Part shown: one piece after another, positions 52,696 to 64,000 of the stretch
Numbering within the stretch: position 1 is the stretch's first letter
How the letters are laid out: every line of letters starts with the position of its first letter
NCBI GenBank assembly: GCA_013265495.1
Contig: MU058722.1
Location: 62,001-126,000 of the forward strand
DNA length: 64,000 nt
Source of the DNA: Vicugna vicugna
Taxonomy: Eukaryota
Direction of reading: 5' to 3'
Notes under the pieces: model-generated
Told to the model about the DNA's origin: nothing
Database searches by the model: none
Seen by the model: only the letters and a program-made list of their open reading frames with translations
Made by a program: the position numbers and the translations under genes

Positions 52696-53954
52696 AGGTG
52701 TGTACAGCACAGGTCAGGAGCTGGGATGCGGGTGTAATGGGAAAGGGGCTGAGAAAGTACTGAGAGTTAAAGAGAAGTGTGTAAAATCACATTATGTTAA
52801 TTTTTATATTTTAAGTGTGTCAAAGTCAGAGTTTATCATGCTTTTACTTTCTTGTCTTTAAAGGAATGCAATCATTTAGTTTATACTTAAAATATGCTTC
52901 TCAGCTTATCTCATTTTCAAGTCAAAATACTGCCACAGTTGAAATTTTCTCATAATATACTGACAATCTTAAACATGTATGAATATAAACTCATTGAAAA
53001 AATCTTGCAGCATTCCATGGTGAGTAGTCTTGTTAAAAATAATATACAAGCCATTACTAAATTATTACAAAAATATAAATATTTTGAATCACTTTTAGAA
53101 GTTTCACACACAGTGGTATTTTTAAAACACCAACCACTGCATAGTGCTTAAGATCATTTAAGATGAAATATATTCAAACCTATAACTTTAGAATACTCAA
53201 AAGGCAGGATAATGGCTGCTTTTTCATTGCAAATACATTTTTTTCTTCATAAGTGCAAAATACGAAGGTAATCAGCTAAATTTTGTACATCTTTATTCAA
53301 AAGGTGAAATTAGAATATAATCTCCTTATTTTATATTTTAACGCTATTTCCCATAAAAATTGGTATTTTTATATGTAGGATCTTAATTGTCCATTCATTT
53401 GTTTTTTCTTTTGGTTTATTTTCTTTAACAGAGAGTGCATTCTTGTGTCTTGTTAGAGTTTTTAATTCTCCTAACTTATTCCAAGACTTTCTGACACTGA
53501 TANNNNNNNNNNNNNNNNNNNNNNNNNNNNNNNNNNNNNNNNNNNNNNNNNNNNNNNNNNNNNNNNNNNNNNNNNNNNNNNNNNNNNNNNNNNNNNNNNN
53601 NNNNNNNNNNNNNNNNNNNNNNNNNNNNNNNNNNNNCAACTCAATATTGTAATCTGTTTACACCAAGAAACTTATGTCAGCACAGTGCTTTTGCTGATAT
53701 GATTTTACATTAGATTATAATATTTTATTTTATTTGCATATACACTAATACATATTTTATATATGTACACACATATATGAATATCTGCTAAATGCCATTA
53801 ATTTGCACGGGGTGGTAGCTAATAACATGTGATCTTTCTGACCATTGGCTATTCTTATGTGTGTCTAACGTACTTCTTAGAACAGATACTAGAACATCAC
53901 ACCTCTCATTATACAGTAATTTAAAGGTTATATTTTATTATACTTATTTTGAAA

Positions 53955-55790
53955 TATTTTTTATTGAGTAATAGTCATTTTACAATGTTATGACAAATTC
54001 CAGTGTAGAGCACAATTTTTCAGTTATACATGAACGTACATATATTGTCACTTTTTTTTTTGCTGTGAGTTACCACAAGATCTTGCATATATTTAAGATT
54101 CCACACATGAGTATCTCACATGGTATTCCTCTTTCTCTTTCTGTTCTGCTCCACCTAGAATAACATGCTTCAGGGGCATCCATATCTCTGCAAATGGCGT
54201 AATGTTGTCAGTTTTTGTGGCTGAATAGTATCCCATCATATAAATATCCCACATCCTTATCCAGTCATCTGTTGATGGACATTTTAGGTTGTTTCCATGT
54301 CTTAGCTGTTGTAAATAGTGTAGAGAAATCAGCTGAAAACCTTATGGGGGTTCCCTTGTAACTCACTCACTGTTTTTCTCTTGCTTCCTTTAGGATCACT
54401 TCTTTATCCTTGACTCTGGCTATCTTTATTAGGATATGCCTTGGTGTGGGTCTGTTTGGGTTCTTCCTGTTTGGGAACCTCTGAGCCTCCTGTGCTTGGA
54501 TGATTCCTTCTTTAGGTTTGGTAAGTTTTCAGTCATGAGTCCTTCCCATACCTTTCCAATCCCCTTTGTTCTTTTTCCCCTTCTGGAACTCCTATTATGC
54601 ATAGATTGGCACAGCTTATATTACCCCATAGGTCCCGTATATTGTTTTCATTGTTTTTTATTTGTTTTCTCTCAGCAGTTCTGATTGGGTGCTTTTTGTT
54701 GTCCTGTCTTCTAGGTCACTTATTTATTCTTCTTTATTTTCTAGTCTGCTTTGCACAGCCTTTAGGTCAGCTCTCATCTCAGCCAATGAGTTTACTAATT
54801 CTACCTAGTTCTTCTTTATAGTTTCTATTTCATTTTTGATATATTTTATATACCTAAACACTATTTCTTTTAGTTCCTTCAGTAATTTGATCACTCTTTT
54901 TTTTAAATCTTGATCTAGTAGGCCATCAATATCTATTTCCTTGATCATGCTTTCAGGGGATTTCTCTTGATCTTTTAATTGGGAGTGGTTTCTCTGCTTC
55001 TCCACATTGCTCATATCTCTCTGGCACCGTGGCTTAAGAAGTAGCAGTTACCTACTTATCCTGGAGATGGTGTGCCCTTAATGATTTTATTGAGAGGTCT
55101 TTGTGTCTTTGCCCTGCTTCATGAACTCAGCTTGCTGTTTCATAGGCCTTCTGTTGGTGCCCTCATCTGTGCTGCTCTCAGTGGCTGTTGGCCAGCAGAT
55201 TGTGCCTCCTCCTAACACTAGTTCAGGGGCTGAGCTCTTACCCGGTGGGCGGGCAGGTCACTCCCCCTCCTGATGCCACGGTCAGGTGCTGTGCTCGGGG
55301 GGAAGGTGGTGGGCAGATCACACCCCGTCCCAGCACTGTGGTCAGGTGCTGTGTTCCTGCCAGGAAGGTGGGTGGCTGCCCCCCTGCCCTCTCCTGGTGC
55401 TGGTTGCTCCACTGCTCTGTGCAGGTGCCTGCTCTGCCTTGGGTAGGCGGTCTGTAGGGGGGCTCAGAGAAGACCACAGGACAGCCCCGCCTACGCTCTG
55501 TGCCAAACCTGAGCTCCTTGTTTCTCTTGGCAGCACAAGCTCTCTGAGGTGTCAGGGTAGAAAGATCCTCTCTGCCTCGGGCCATAAACAAGTCTCAGTC
55601 CTGCCTAAGAAGTTGTGGAGCCCCCACATGCAGATTCAGGTCTCAGCCCCGCCCCCGCCCGGGCACTATGCACAGGAGGAGATGGTAGCTGTGGCTGAGC
55701 CCTGCCTCTCTTCTTGCGAGTTGTGCCAGTAATGGCACAGGTCTGAGGAGACAAAGGCTTCAGCACCCCTCCCACCAGGGCACATGCCTG
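53955..55790 (-). mobile_element. Internally deleted L1 (5'UTR + partial ORF1 joined to extreme 3' region)
   Basis: Minus ORF 54805-55014 QRNHSQLKDQEKSPE (ORF1 N-term). Junction at ~54320 joins the ORF1 ADFS region to the ORF2 end/3'UTR. Confidence 0.85.
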
Positions 55791-56497
55791 TTTATAGTTT
55801 TGTTTACATTCTGAGTTAAAATTTACCTGACAATGAAATGTATAAATTAGGCTTTTGAGGTTCATCCTTGTATCAGTAGTTGATTCTTTTTTATTGTTGA
55901 ATTGTATTCCATTGTTTGAATATACTATCATTTGTTTTATCCATTCTCCTACTGATAAATACTTAGGCTTTGGATATCTTTTTTTGCAAGCAAACATTTT
56001 TTTAAAAAATCCAAATATAATATACATGCTTAAATGTGAACATATCTTAAGTATACAGTTCAGTGATTTTTTCACAAAGTAAACACATATATGTAACCTT
56101 CATCCAGTCAAGAAACAGAACATTGCTGTTCCACTTTGGGTTTCTTCCCAGATACTACGGCACCCCTTTGATGGATTCATCATCCTAAATTCAGCCACCA
56201 TGGATTGGTTTTTTTGCTTTTGAAATTTTTATTCCCGTACATTCCACTCAACATTATGTAAGATTCATCCACTAGTGTTTTCTGTAAACTAGTATATTTA
56301 TTTTTATTGCTTTAAAGTATACAACTTGTATGCATGTGCCACCACTTATGGTTATGTATTTACTGTTGACAGTTGTTTGGGTCATTTTCTATTTGGGGCT
56401 ATAACAAATAGTGACTATGAGAATTTTTGGAAGTCCTTTGGTGCTCAGATGTAGAAGTTTCTGAAGGGTACACACATGGGTTACCCTTGGTAATAGG

Positions 56498-56568
56498 GTG
56501 TGTGTGTGTGTGTTTGTATGTGTACGTGTGTGTGTACATATATACACACACACACATATACATATATA
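56498..56568. repeat. (TG)n/(TA)n/(CA)n microsatellite
   Basis: Directly visible. Confidence 0.85.
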
Positions 56569-58133
56569 ACTTTCATTCAAAAAGCCTACTTTCAAATTAT
56601 TTGTAAGAATTTATATTCCCACTGGCCATGTGTAAGAGTCCCCATTGCATGTTACCCTCACCAATGCTTCATATCACTTAACAACTAACTATNNNNNNNN
56701 NNNNNNNNNNNNNNNNNNNNNNNNNNNNNNNNNNNNNNNNNNNNNNNNNNNNNNNNNNNNNNNNNNNNNNNNNNNNNNNNNNNNNNNNNNNNNNNNNNNN
56801 NNNNNNNNNNNNNNNNNNNNNNNNNNNNNNNNNNNNNNNNNNNNNNNNNNNNNNNNNNNNNNNNNNNNNNNNNNNNNNNNNNNNNNNNNNNNNNNNNNNN
56901 NNNNNNNNNNNNNNNNNNNNNNNNNNNNNNNNNNNNNNNNNNNNNNNNNNNNNNNNNNNNNNNNNNNNNNNNNNNNNNNNNNNNNNNNNNNNNNNNNNNN
57001 NNNNNNNNNNNNNNNNNNNNNNNNNNNNNNNNNNNNNNNNNNNNNNNNNNNNNNNNNNNNNNNNNNNNNNNNNNNNNNNNNNNNNNNNNNNNNNNNNNNN
57101 NNNNNNNNNNNNNNNNNNNNNNNNNNNNNNNNNNNNNNNNNNNNNNNNTTTACCCTCCCCCAGATGCTTTGCTTTATGTTTCAAATTTATTAGGTTTATA
57201 ATCTATCTAAAATTACTGTTCATGTATGGTACAGGGTTTAATTCAATACTGTTCCATTGGTCTATATGTCTAACTTTAGGTAGTTATCACATTGACTTAA
57301 TATTGTTTTATAATAAGTCCTTTAACATTGTTCTTTAATATCATCTTGGCTATTGTTGACTCTTCACGCTTCTCTATGTATTTAGAATCAGCTTGTCAAC
57401 TTCTACAAAAAAACAGTAACAACAATTAAGTTTTGGGGATTTTGATGTGCACATATAAATCTTTGAATCAGTTGAAGGGGAACTGACATCTTTAAAATGT
57501 TGAGCCCTCCAATNNNNNNNNNNNNNNNNNNNNNNNNNNNNNNNNNNNNNNNNNNNNNNNNNNNNNNNNNNNNNNNNNNNNNNNNNNNNNNNNNNNNNNN
57601 NNNNNNNNNNNNNNNNNNNNNNNNNNNNNNNNNNNNNNNNNNNNNNNNNNNNNNNNNNNNNNNNNNNNNNNNNNNNNNNNNNNNNNNNNNNNNNNNNNNN
57701 NNNNNNNNNNNNNNNNNNNNNNNNNNNNNNNNNNNNNNNNNNNNNNNNNNNNNNNNNNNNNNNNNNNNNNNNNNNNNNNNNNNNNNNNNNNNNNNNNNNN
57801 NNNNNNNNNNNNNNNNNNNNNNNNNNNNNNNNNNNNNNNNNNNNNNNNNNNNNNNNNNNNNNNNNNNNNNNNNNNNNNNNNNNNNNNNNNNNNNNNNNNN
57901 NNNNNNNNNNNNNNNNNNNNNNNNNNNNNNNNNNNNNNNNNNNNNNNNNNNNNNNNNNNNNNNNNNNNNNNNNNNNNNNNNNNNNNNNNNNNNNNNNNNN
58001 NNNNNNNNNNNNNNNNNNNNNNNNNNNNNNNNNNNNNNNNNNNNNNNNNNNNNNNNNNNNNNNNNNNNNNNNNNNNNNNNNNNNNNNNNNNNNNNNNNNN
58101 NNNNNNNNNNNNNNNNNNNNNNNNNNNNNNNNN

Positions 58134-58330
58134 AAATCTCAAACTCCCAATTTATAAACAAGTTCATACTGTATAGCACAGGGAACTATATCCAATACTG
58201 TTTTGTAGTAACTTATGGTGAAAAAGAGTATGAAAATGAATATATGTATGTTCATGTATGACTGAAGCATTGTGCTGCACACCAGAAATTGACACAACAT
58301 TGTAAACTGACTACATATATATATATATTT
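58134..58330 (+). mobile_element. L1 3' end
   Basis: ctgtatagcacagggaac...gaaattgacacaacattgtaaactgact. Confidence 0.85.
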
Positions 58331-59059
58331 GAAAAGACTGAAAGGACCATATATACCAAGAAAAAAATTAGATTGCTAACCAACAAAAAATCTGTCAGTA
58401 ATATAATTCTAGAAACACTTAGACACAAAAGAAAATTTCAGGCACACATCTGTTTATAGAGTCATAGAAAAAATGGTGCCTATGCAAGTCCCTGATAAGC
58501 ATGAGAAAATAGAAAAGGCAATATTGAAGTTCAAAATGCTTTGCTATGTAAGAGCTGCAAGATGACTCAGACACAAACTTAAGTGGTCAAAATGTCTATA
58601 TAATTAATGATAATTTAAAGTAATTGAGGGCATCATTTTAAATGAGATAAAAATAGCTGCTCAATTTTCATATTACTAAACAAGTCATTTCTGTTTATAG
58701 TAGGTTTATATTATTTTTATATATATTTATATTTTATAAAGAGATCAACTTAGATCCTGGCTGATAACTGACAGTGGATCAACTGATTGATTTAAATGGG
58801 CATTATAGGCTTATCAGATTTCATATGCTTTAAATATACATTAGTTATTAGCTGTCAGGAAGAGTTCAAATTTTCATTTATTCTAACATAGCTGTGTCAC
58901 AGGCAGGTTACTCTGTATTTACAATGGAGGATCATGATAGATATAAAGGTATCAAGCCTTATTGATCTTCATAGGGGTGCTTATATTAGAAAAGGAGAAT
59001 AAAATAAGAAAAATCTAAAATACTACATTTTTTATAGTGTTCTAACAGTTTTATCTTTA

Positions 59060-59310
59060 TTTTTACTTTTTTACTGAGTTATAGTCCATTTACAATGTTG
59101 TGTCAATTTCTGGTGTACAGCACAATTTTTCAGTCCTTTATGAATATACATGTATTTGTTTTCATATTTTTTCACAATGAGCTACTACAAAATCTTGAAT
59201 ATATTTCTCTGTGCTATACAGTATAAACTTGTTTATCTATTCTATATATACTTGTCAGTATTTACAAATCTTGAACTTCCAGTCTGTTCCTACTCACACA
59301 CCTCCTCCCT
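59060..59310 (-). mobile_element. L1 3' end, antisense
   Basis: acaatgttgtgtcaatttctggtgtacagcac. Confidence 0.85.
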
Positions 59311-60001
59311 GTAAAATATTATTAAATCAACATATATTTATGAAGAACTATGAAAAATGGGAAACTATTAGGTGTTTCTTTAAATTGGAGCAAAGAGAAC
59401 TACTTTAACTGGGAAAATAGTTAAAATCTGGCAAGTTTTATGATTTCATGTTTACCCCTGACAGCTTTTCTTTCCTCCTTTCTCCTTCAATCTTTTTTGG
59501 ACCTTCTAAAGAATTAAATTAAAAAAAGAAAAAAAGAAACCAAGAAGAAAAGAAAATTAAGAAATAGCTCTGCATCTAAAATAACCTCCTAACTGGAAAG
59601 ATGGTATACTTTGTGAAAAATTTACAGCTGTCCACTTATGATCTATGTCTCTGTCCACACTGCCTTACTTGTTAGGAAGGATCTTAAAAAAAAAGTAAAG
59701 AAAAATAGCAAATTATAATGACTTTTACATTTTAAATTCTTTTCTATGTGTCTACAATCTGCTCTATCATGTGTTATTAAGATAAACATTATCAGCTATA
59801 GTCTACTTTCCTATCATGCACATTGTGACCCTGAGAAGCATGCATGCTCTAACTTACCATCTGCAGGTTGTGTACAGGTTAATGTAGTTCTTTTAACAAT
59901 ATATGATTTTGTAGTCTAGTTGTCCAACTACTTCATAATGGAAAAGATGTAGAATTACTGGTACCACTGCCCTCGGTCTCTGTCATTTACCTTAAACATA
60001 G

Positions 60002-60086
60002 CTAGAAAAGTAGATTCAAAAACTCATTGGCAAGAACATTTTTCACACTCCAGATCTGATATTCTTCTAGAGTTAAGATGGCCATT
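60002..60086 (-). pseudogene. USP32: USP32-like pseudo-exon with +1 frameshift, stop and lost donor
   Basis: GHL/TLEEYQIWSVKNVLANEFLNLLF* vs MGHLTLEDYQIWSVKNVLANEFLNLLFQ. Donor reads CT instead of GT. Confidence 0.9.
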
Positions 60087-62316
60087 CTGAAAGAGAAACA
60101 ATATTTAAGAATATCTTAAATCTTCATTTTCTTATATTATTTGAATTAGTTTTATTAAACTTGCAATGGTCATTTGTCTGAAAGAAAACTAATGATTTAA
60201 TGTAGATGCTATGTATTCATCTGAAAGTAGGCCAGCAAGATTAAGTTCAAAAGTAACCAAACTCTGAAGTAGTCAGTCATAACGTGGGCAGTTTATCACC
60301 AAAAATCTTCTTCCTCCAGTAAGACCTGGGAATTAACTCACAGTATCTTCTGGTTCAAGGTGAGGTTTACTAACAGAACCCACAAAAGGTTCTGGGTAGA
60401 GAAAAAGGACTATTTACTAACTTTGAAAGCATTTTTCCAAACTCTCTGGATTATGCCCTTTGACCCTAACAATTTTCTAAGATCTTTAAAACATCTGGCA
60501 ATATTATTAGACTTCTTAAGAGATTTAAAAGAACTAAATATATATAATAAATGAGTATCTATATTAACATTTCCTCAAAATAAAATTTAACATTACTTTC
60601 ACAAGTTGAGTAAAGCAGTATTTTTTTTTTTTGTGGTCAAAGTGTACCAAAAATTACATTTATATACAGTAGACAATATTTCTTGGCAGGCAAAAATATA
60701 ACCAAATGCTTCTTACTTCATGTTTTGAACAATCACCTTAACAATCCTAGATGAATAATAATGTTCTTAGCGTTTATTACTTAATTATATTTTTATTATC
60801 TAATGATTTATTATTTAAAGATATTTAATAATATTTACTATTAATGATATTCATGTATTCATTCAATATATATTACCATTTATTACAAGAAAAGATTTTA
60901 AAGCACTGTGATGGTAATTATTGGCTTTCATGATGCAACTTCCATTGAAGTATATTAACACCAATGTAATGGTACAAAATAATGGGTAATATTGTCACCG
61001 TCTAGTCACCAGTGAATATGGGTAATAGGTTTGGTTGAAAGGTCCAAAATCTATTCTAAATTTTTACCATTTCATTATTATGGTTACACGGAGATGGAGC
61101 AGCTAAATGATCTTTTTTTTTAATGTTCAAAAGTACAGCCATAAGAAGAAACTCGGTCTTATATAAAAATAGACAGCAATGATAACCTCCATACTTATCA
61201 AACACCCAGAAGAAAGGCGATGGAAATTGTATCTCTACATAAGGTATTTCCTAATAGAAACTTTCCTGTGTTTCTGTTTTCATATATACCAAATAGAAAT
61301 GGCTACCTTAGTTTTGGGCAGAAAAGTAAATGAAGACGGTTATCTGAATTGCCAAACAAAGATCAAGCCCTGAAAAATTCATTTCTATTATTTATTTCAA
61401 TTGAGTGTCAGTTAATAAGACTATGATGATTTCTTCTGGATTTGTGATTGAAAAAAAAAGTTACTTATTTTTCTGAGCCTGTATAAGACCACTATGGTCT
61501 ACATCCTACCACCTGCTACTTGGTACATGTCAACATTTGAATAGAAAGGGTCAAATTAACTCATACATGTCTCACATATATGGATTATCTTCAGTTTCAC
61601 AGGGATACATAGATATTAAGGCAAACCAATTATAATATCTTTAATAAATGTTGTGAAACTAAAAACATTCAAGGCTTTATTCTTTGTAAAGTACATGCTT
61701 GTTTCTGCTATTATACACTTATTCTGGCTGCTATTAAAGAACTTAGGACAGACCCTCACCAATATTATTGAAAAAAATTTTAAAAACTATATACACCACC
61801 CAGATTGAGAGAAAAAGTAATTTCCATCATCCCAGATATCCTATGGTCCTTCCCAGTTAAATCACCCATCTCCAAAATCACTATTGTAACACTTATTAAC
61901 ATTAGTTCTGTCTCTGTTCTAGAACTTCATATAAATTAAATTGTACAATGTGTTCTTTTATTNNNNNNNNNNNNNNNNNNNNNNNNNNNNNNNNNNNNNN
62001 NNNNNNNNNNNNNNNNNNNNNNNNNNNNNNNNNNNNNNNNNNNNNNNNNNNNNNNNNNNNNGGCTATCTCTATTTTTATAAAATGCCTAGCTTATAAAAT
62101 ATAATGTTTTTATGTAAATAACACTTAATGGAGTTGTTTAAAAGTGGAATGGGCTTTCCTTAAGGACAACTTGGAGTTATTGTAACCACAGGTCCAAACA
62201 AGCATTTAGCAGGGATGATGTAGAAGAGATTCAAGTATGTATATGTAAGGTATGTATACCAATTCAGAATATAATGTATTTTTAGAAAAGAATAAATTAG
62301 TCTCTGCTAGACTCAC

Positions 62317-62379
62317 CTTTGTGGTGTCATGTGCCTTCTATGTGTCTTCTACAATGTAGGATAGATCCACATGTAATTC
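62317..62379 (-). pseudogene. USP32: USP32-like pseudo-exon with in-frame stop
   Basis: 63-nt AG/GT-flanked exon ELHVDLSYIVEDT*KAHDTTK vs ELHMDLSDIVEGILNAHDTTK. Confidence 0.88.
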
Positions 62380-62749
62380 CTTTAAAACCAGAAACCCAAA
62401 TCAGTAGTTAGGAAAGAGAAGGTATCATTTTTATTAGCCAGTAGCTGAAGTATAAAATATTTTTTCGGTCAAGTTTTTTTTTTTTTTTTCCAGAAAAAGA
62501 TTTTACTTAAAAATTTATGACAATTTTCCATGGTTTCATTTTTTTTTACATAATACATTCAGTTTATTAAATTTTCTAAGGCAAATTCTCTTCTGTATTT
62601 TGCATCTTTGGCTATGAATATTTTGAGTAGCATAATATAGAACCTAGAAGTAGTAAGAAATCTTTTTCTCAACCTCTTTTAAAAAATTCTTCACTTTATA
62701 TTCCTGTTGGAAGTTTACATACAAGAAAATGTATACAATCAGACTTTAC

Positions 62750-62860
62750 CAGGGTATCATCGGTGCAGTTGTCCTTCCAGACCTCTGTGCAACCACGTGT
62801 CTCTCAGTTCAACCCTACAGAGAACTCCATCACCATCAACATCAAATACCTTGAAGCAAA
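62750..62860 (-). pseudogene. USP32: USP32-like pseudo-exon (EF-hand region), frameshifted
   Basis: AG/GT flanked. Reads CFKVFDVDGDGVLCRVELRD..VVA..EVWKDNCTDD vs USP32 FCFKVFDVDRDGVLSRVELRDMVVALLEVWKDNRTDDIP, with two small deletions. Confidence 0.9.
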
Positions 62861-63360
62861 CTAAAGAAAAAAAACTCTTATGGAGGAAAATTACTTTTAT
62901 ATTCTGAAATAGAATACATTTTATTACAAGCTGCCCTAGTGAAATTACTTAGTTCCTCAAACAACTACATTCTGCATTAAGTTCTTATTTGGAAGAGATT
63001 GTGTCATTAAAGTCCTTTGAACTTGTAGGAATTCCTGTACACTTCACAAGTCTCTCTCCTTATATCATTAGTCAGCTTAAAGAACTCTATCCTTCACCTA
63101 AATCTAAAGTTAAATTTCTTGCAAACTGAAAAAGAAGGGCCAAGTTACTATACAATATCTCACAGATTTTGAGAAGGTAATTCAAGCTTTTAAATTAATT
63201 TCTAATATTTATAACTGATCACTTCAGAGTTGATTCTTACAATGCTGAAAATATTCCATCTACATTAAGAATCAACAAAAAGCTGGNNNNNNNNNNNNNN
63301 NNNNNNNNNNNNNNNNNNNNNNNNNNNNNNNNNNNNNNNNNNNNNNNNNNNNNNNNNNNN

Positions 63361-63644
63361 CATCCTCCTGTATTATATAAATTTTCCCAGAAAGTTCTCA
63401 AAAGCAAAACTTGAATTTGCTATGCACTGACAACTATTCACATATTATTTACATTGTATTTACAAATAATTACATTGTATTAAGTATTACAAGTAACCTA
63501 GAGATGATTTAAAGTATACAGGAGGATGTGCATAGGTTATATGCAAATACTATGCCATTTTACATAAGGACATGAGCATCCATGGATTTGGTATCTGAGG
63601 GGGTCTCAGAACCAATCCTCAGCAGATAATGAGAGATGACTGTA
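63361..63644 (+). mobile_element. Tigger3/MER7-type DNA transposon 3' remnant
   Basis: tagagatgatttaaagtatacaggaggatgtgcataggttatatgcaaatact... ending gactg + TA target. Confidence 0.75.
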
Positions 63645-64000
63645 TAAAGATTTTGCCTCTCCAATGTAATTAATGTGCACCCAATATTTTTGCCTAAGAA
63701 CAATTTCAAATCTTCAATGAAGTTTATATACAACAAGCTAAAAATCCAAAATATCAGCACTTTGCTAATTAACATCAATATCAGCAAAATTGTTAGTTAG
63801 TCTAGTTGGTTAACTTCCACTAGTCCACTGGCAAAAAAATAAATTTAAAAAAAATTTAAGACAACAATTAACTTCAATTGAGAAACAAACACTTCAGCCT
63901 CTTTAATACCAGAACTTTAATGTGAACAAATAATCTATCACAAAGCCAGGTTAGAGTAATGGTATACTATCAGGGAAGATAAAAGAAATCTAAATTTTTA

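Noticed and set aside
32786..58261. Long ORFs in the track containing X runs
   Set aside because: Artefacts of N-gaps.

Overview
Mammalian genomic scaffold with several N-gaps. The style of the young L1 3' ends suggests a camelid (inference). No intact protein-coding gene is visible. Bases 1-26.6 kb are five diverged tandem units of a ~5.1-5.7 kb macrosatellite that continues off the left edge. Each unit has a decayed LINE-1 5'UTR/ORF1 segment plus ~3.9 kb of cargo. By manual translation and comparison with the Borna disease virus 1 (BoDV-1) L protein as I recall it, the cargo holds degenerate copies of the RdRp core of an endogenous bornavirus-like L element (EBLL): one well-supported sense copy, a weaker second sense copy and a probable inverted L1-EBLL module. 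At the array edge (26.0-26.9 kb) a less-diverged L1 ORF1 abuts an EBLL fragment reading ELMKGRFLQSKQ, followed by a 3.3 kb 63-bp minisatellite. The rest of the window is L1/L2/MIR/LTR/Tigger repeats, a CpG-island promoter with a candidate first exon (52.2-52.7 kb), and three disabled USP32 exons on the minus strand (60-62.9 kb). All viral and repeat-family assignments were made by eye without database searches and need tBLASTn/HMM/RepeatMasker confirmation.
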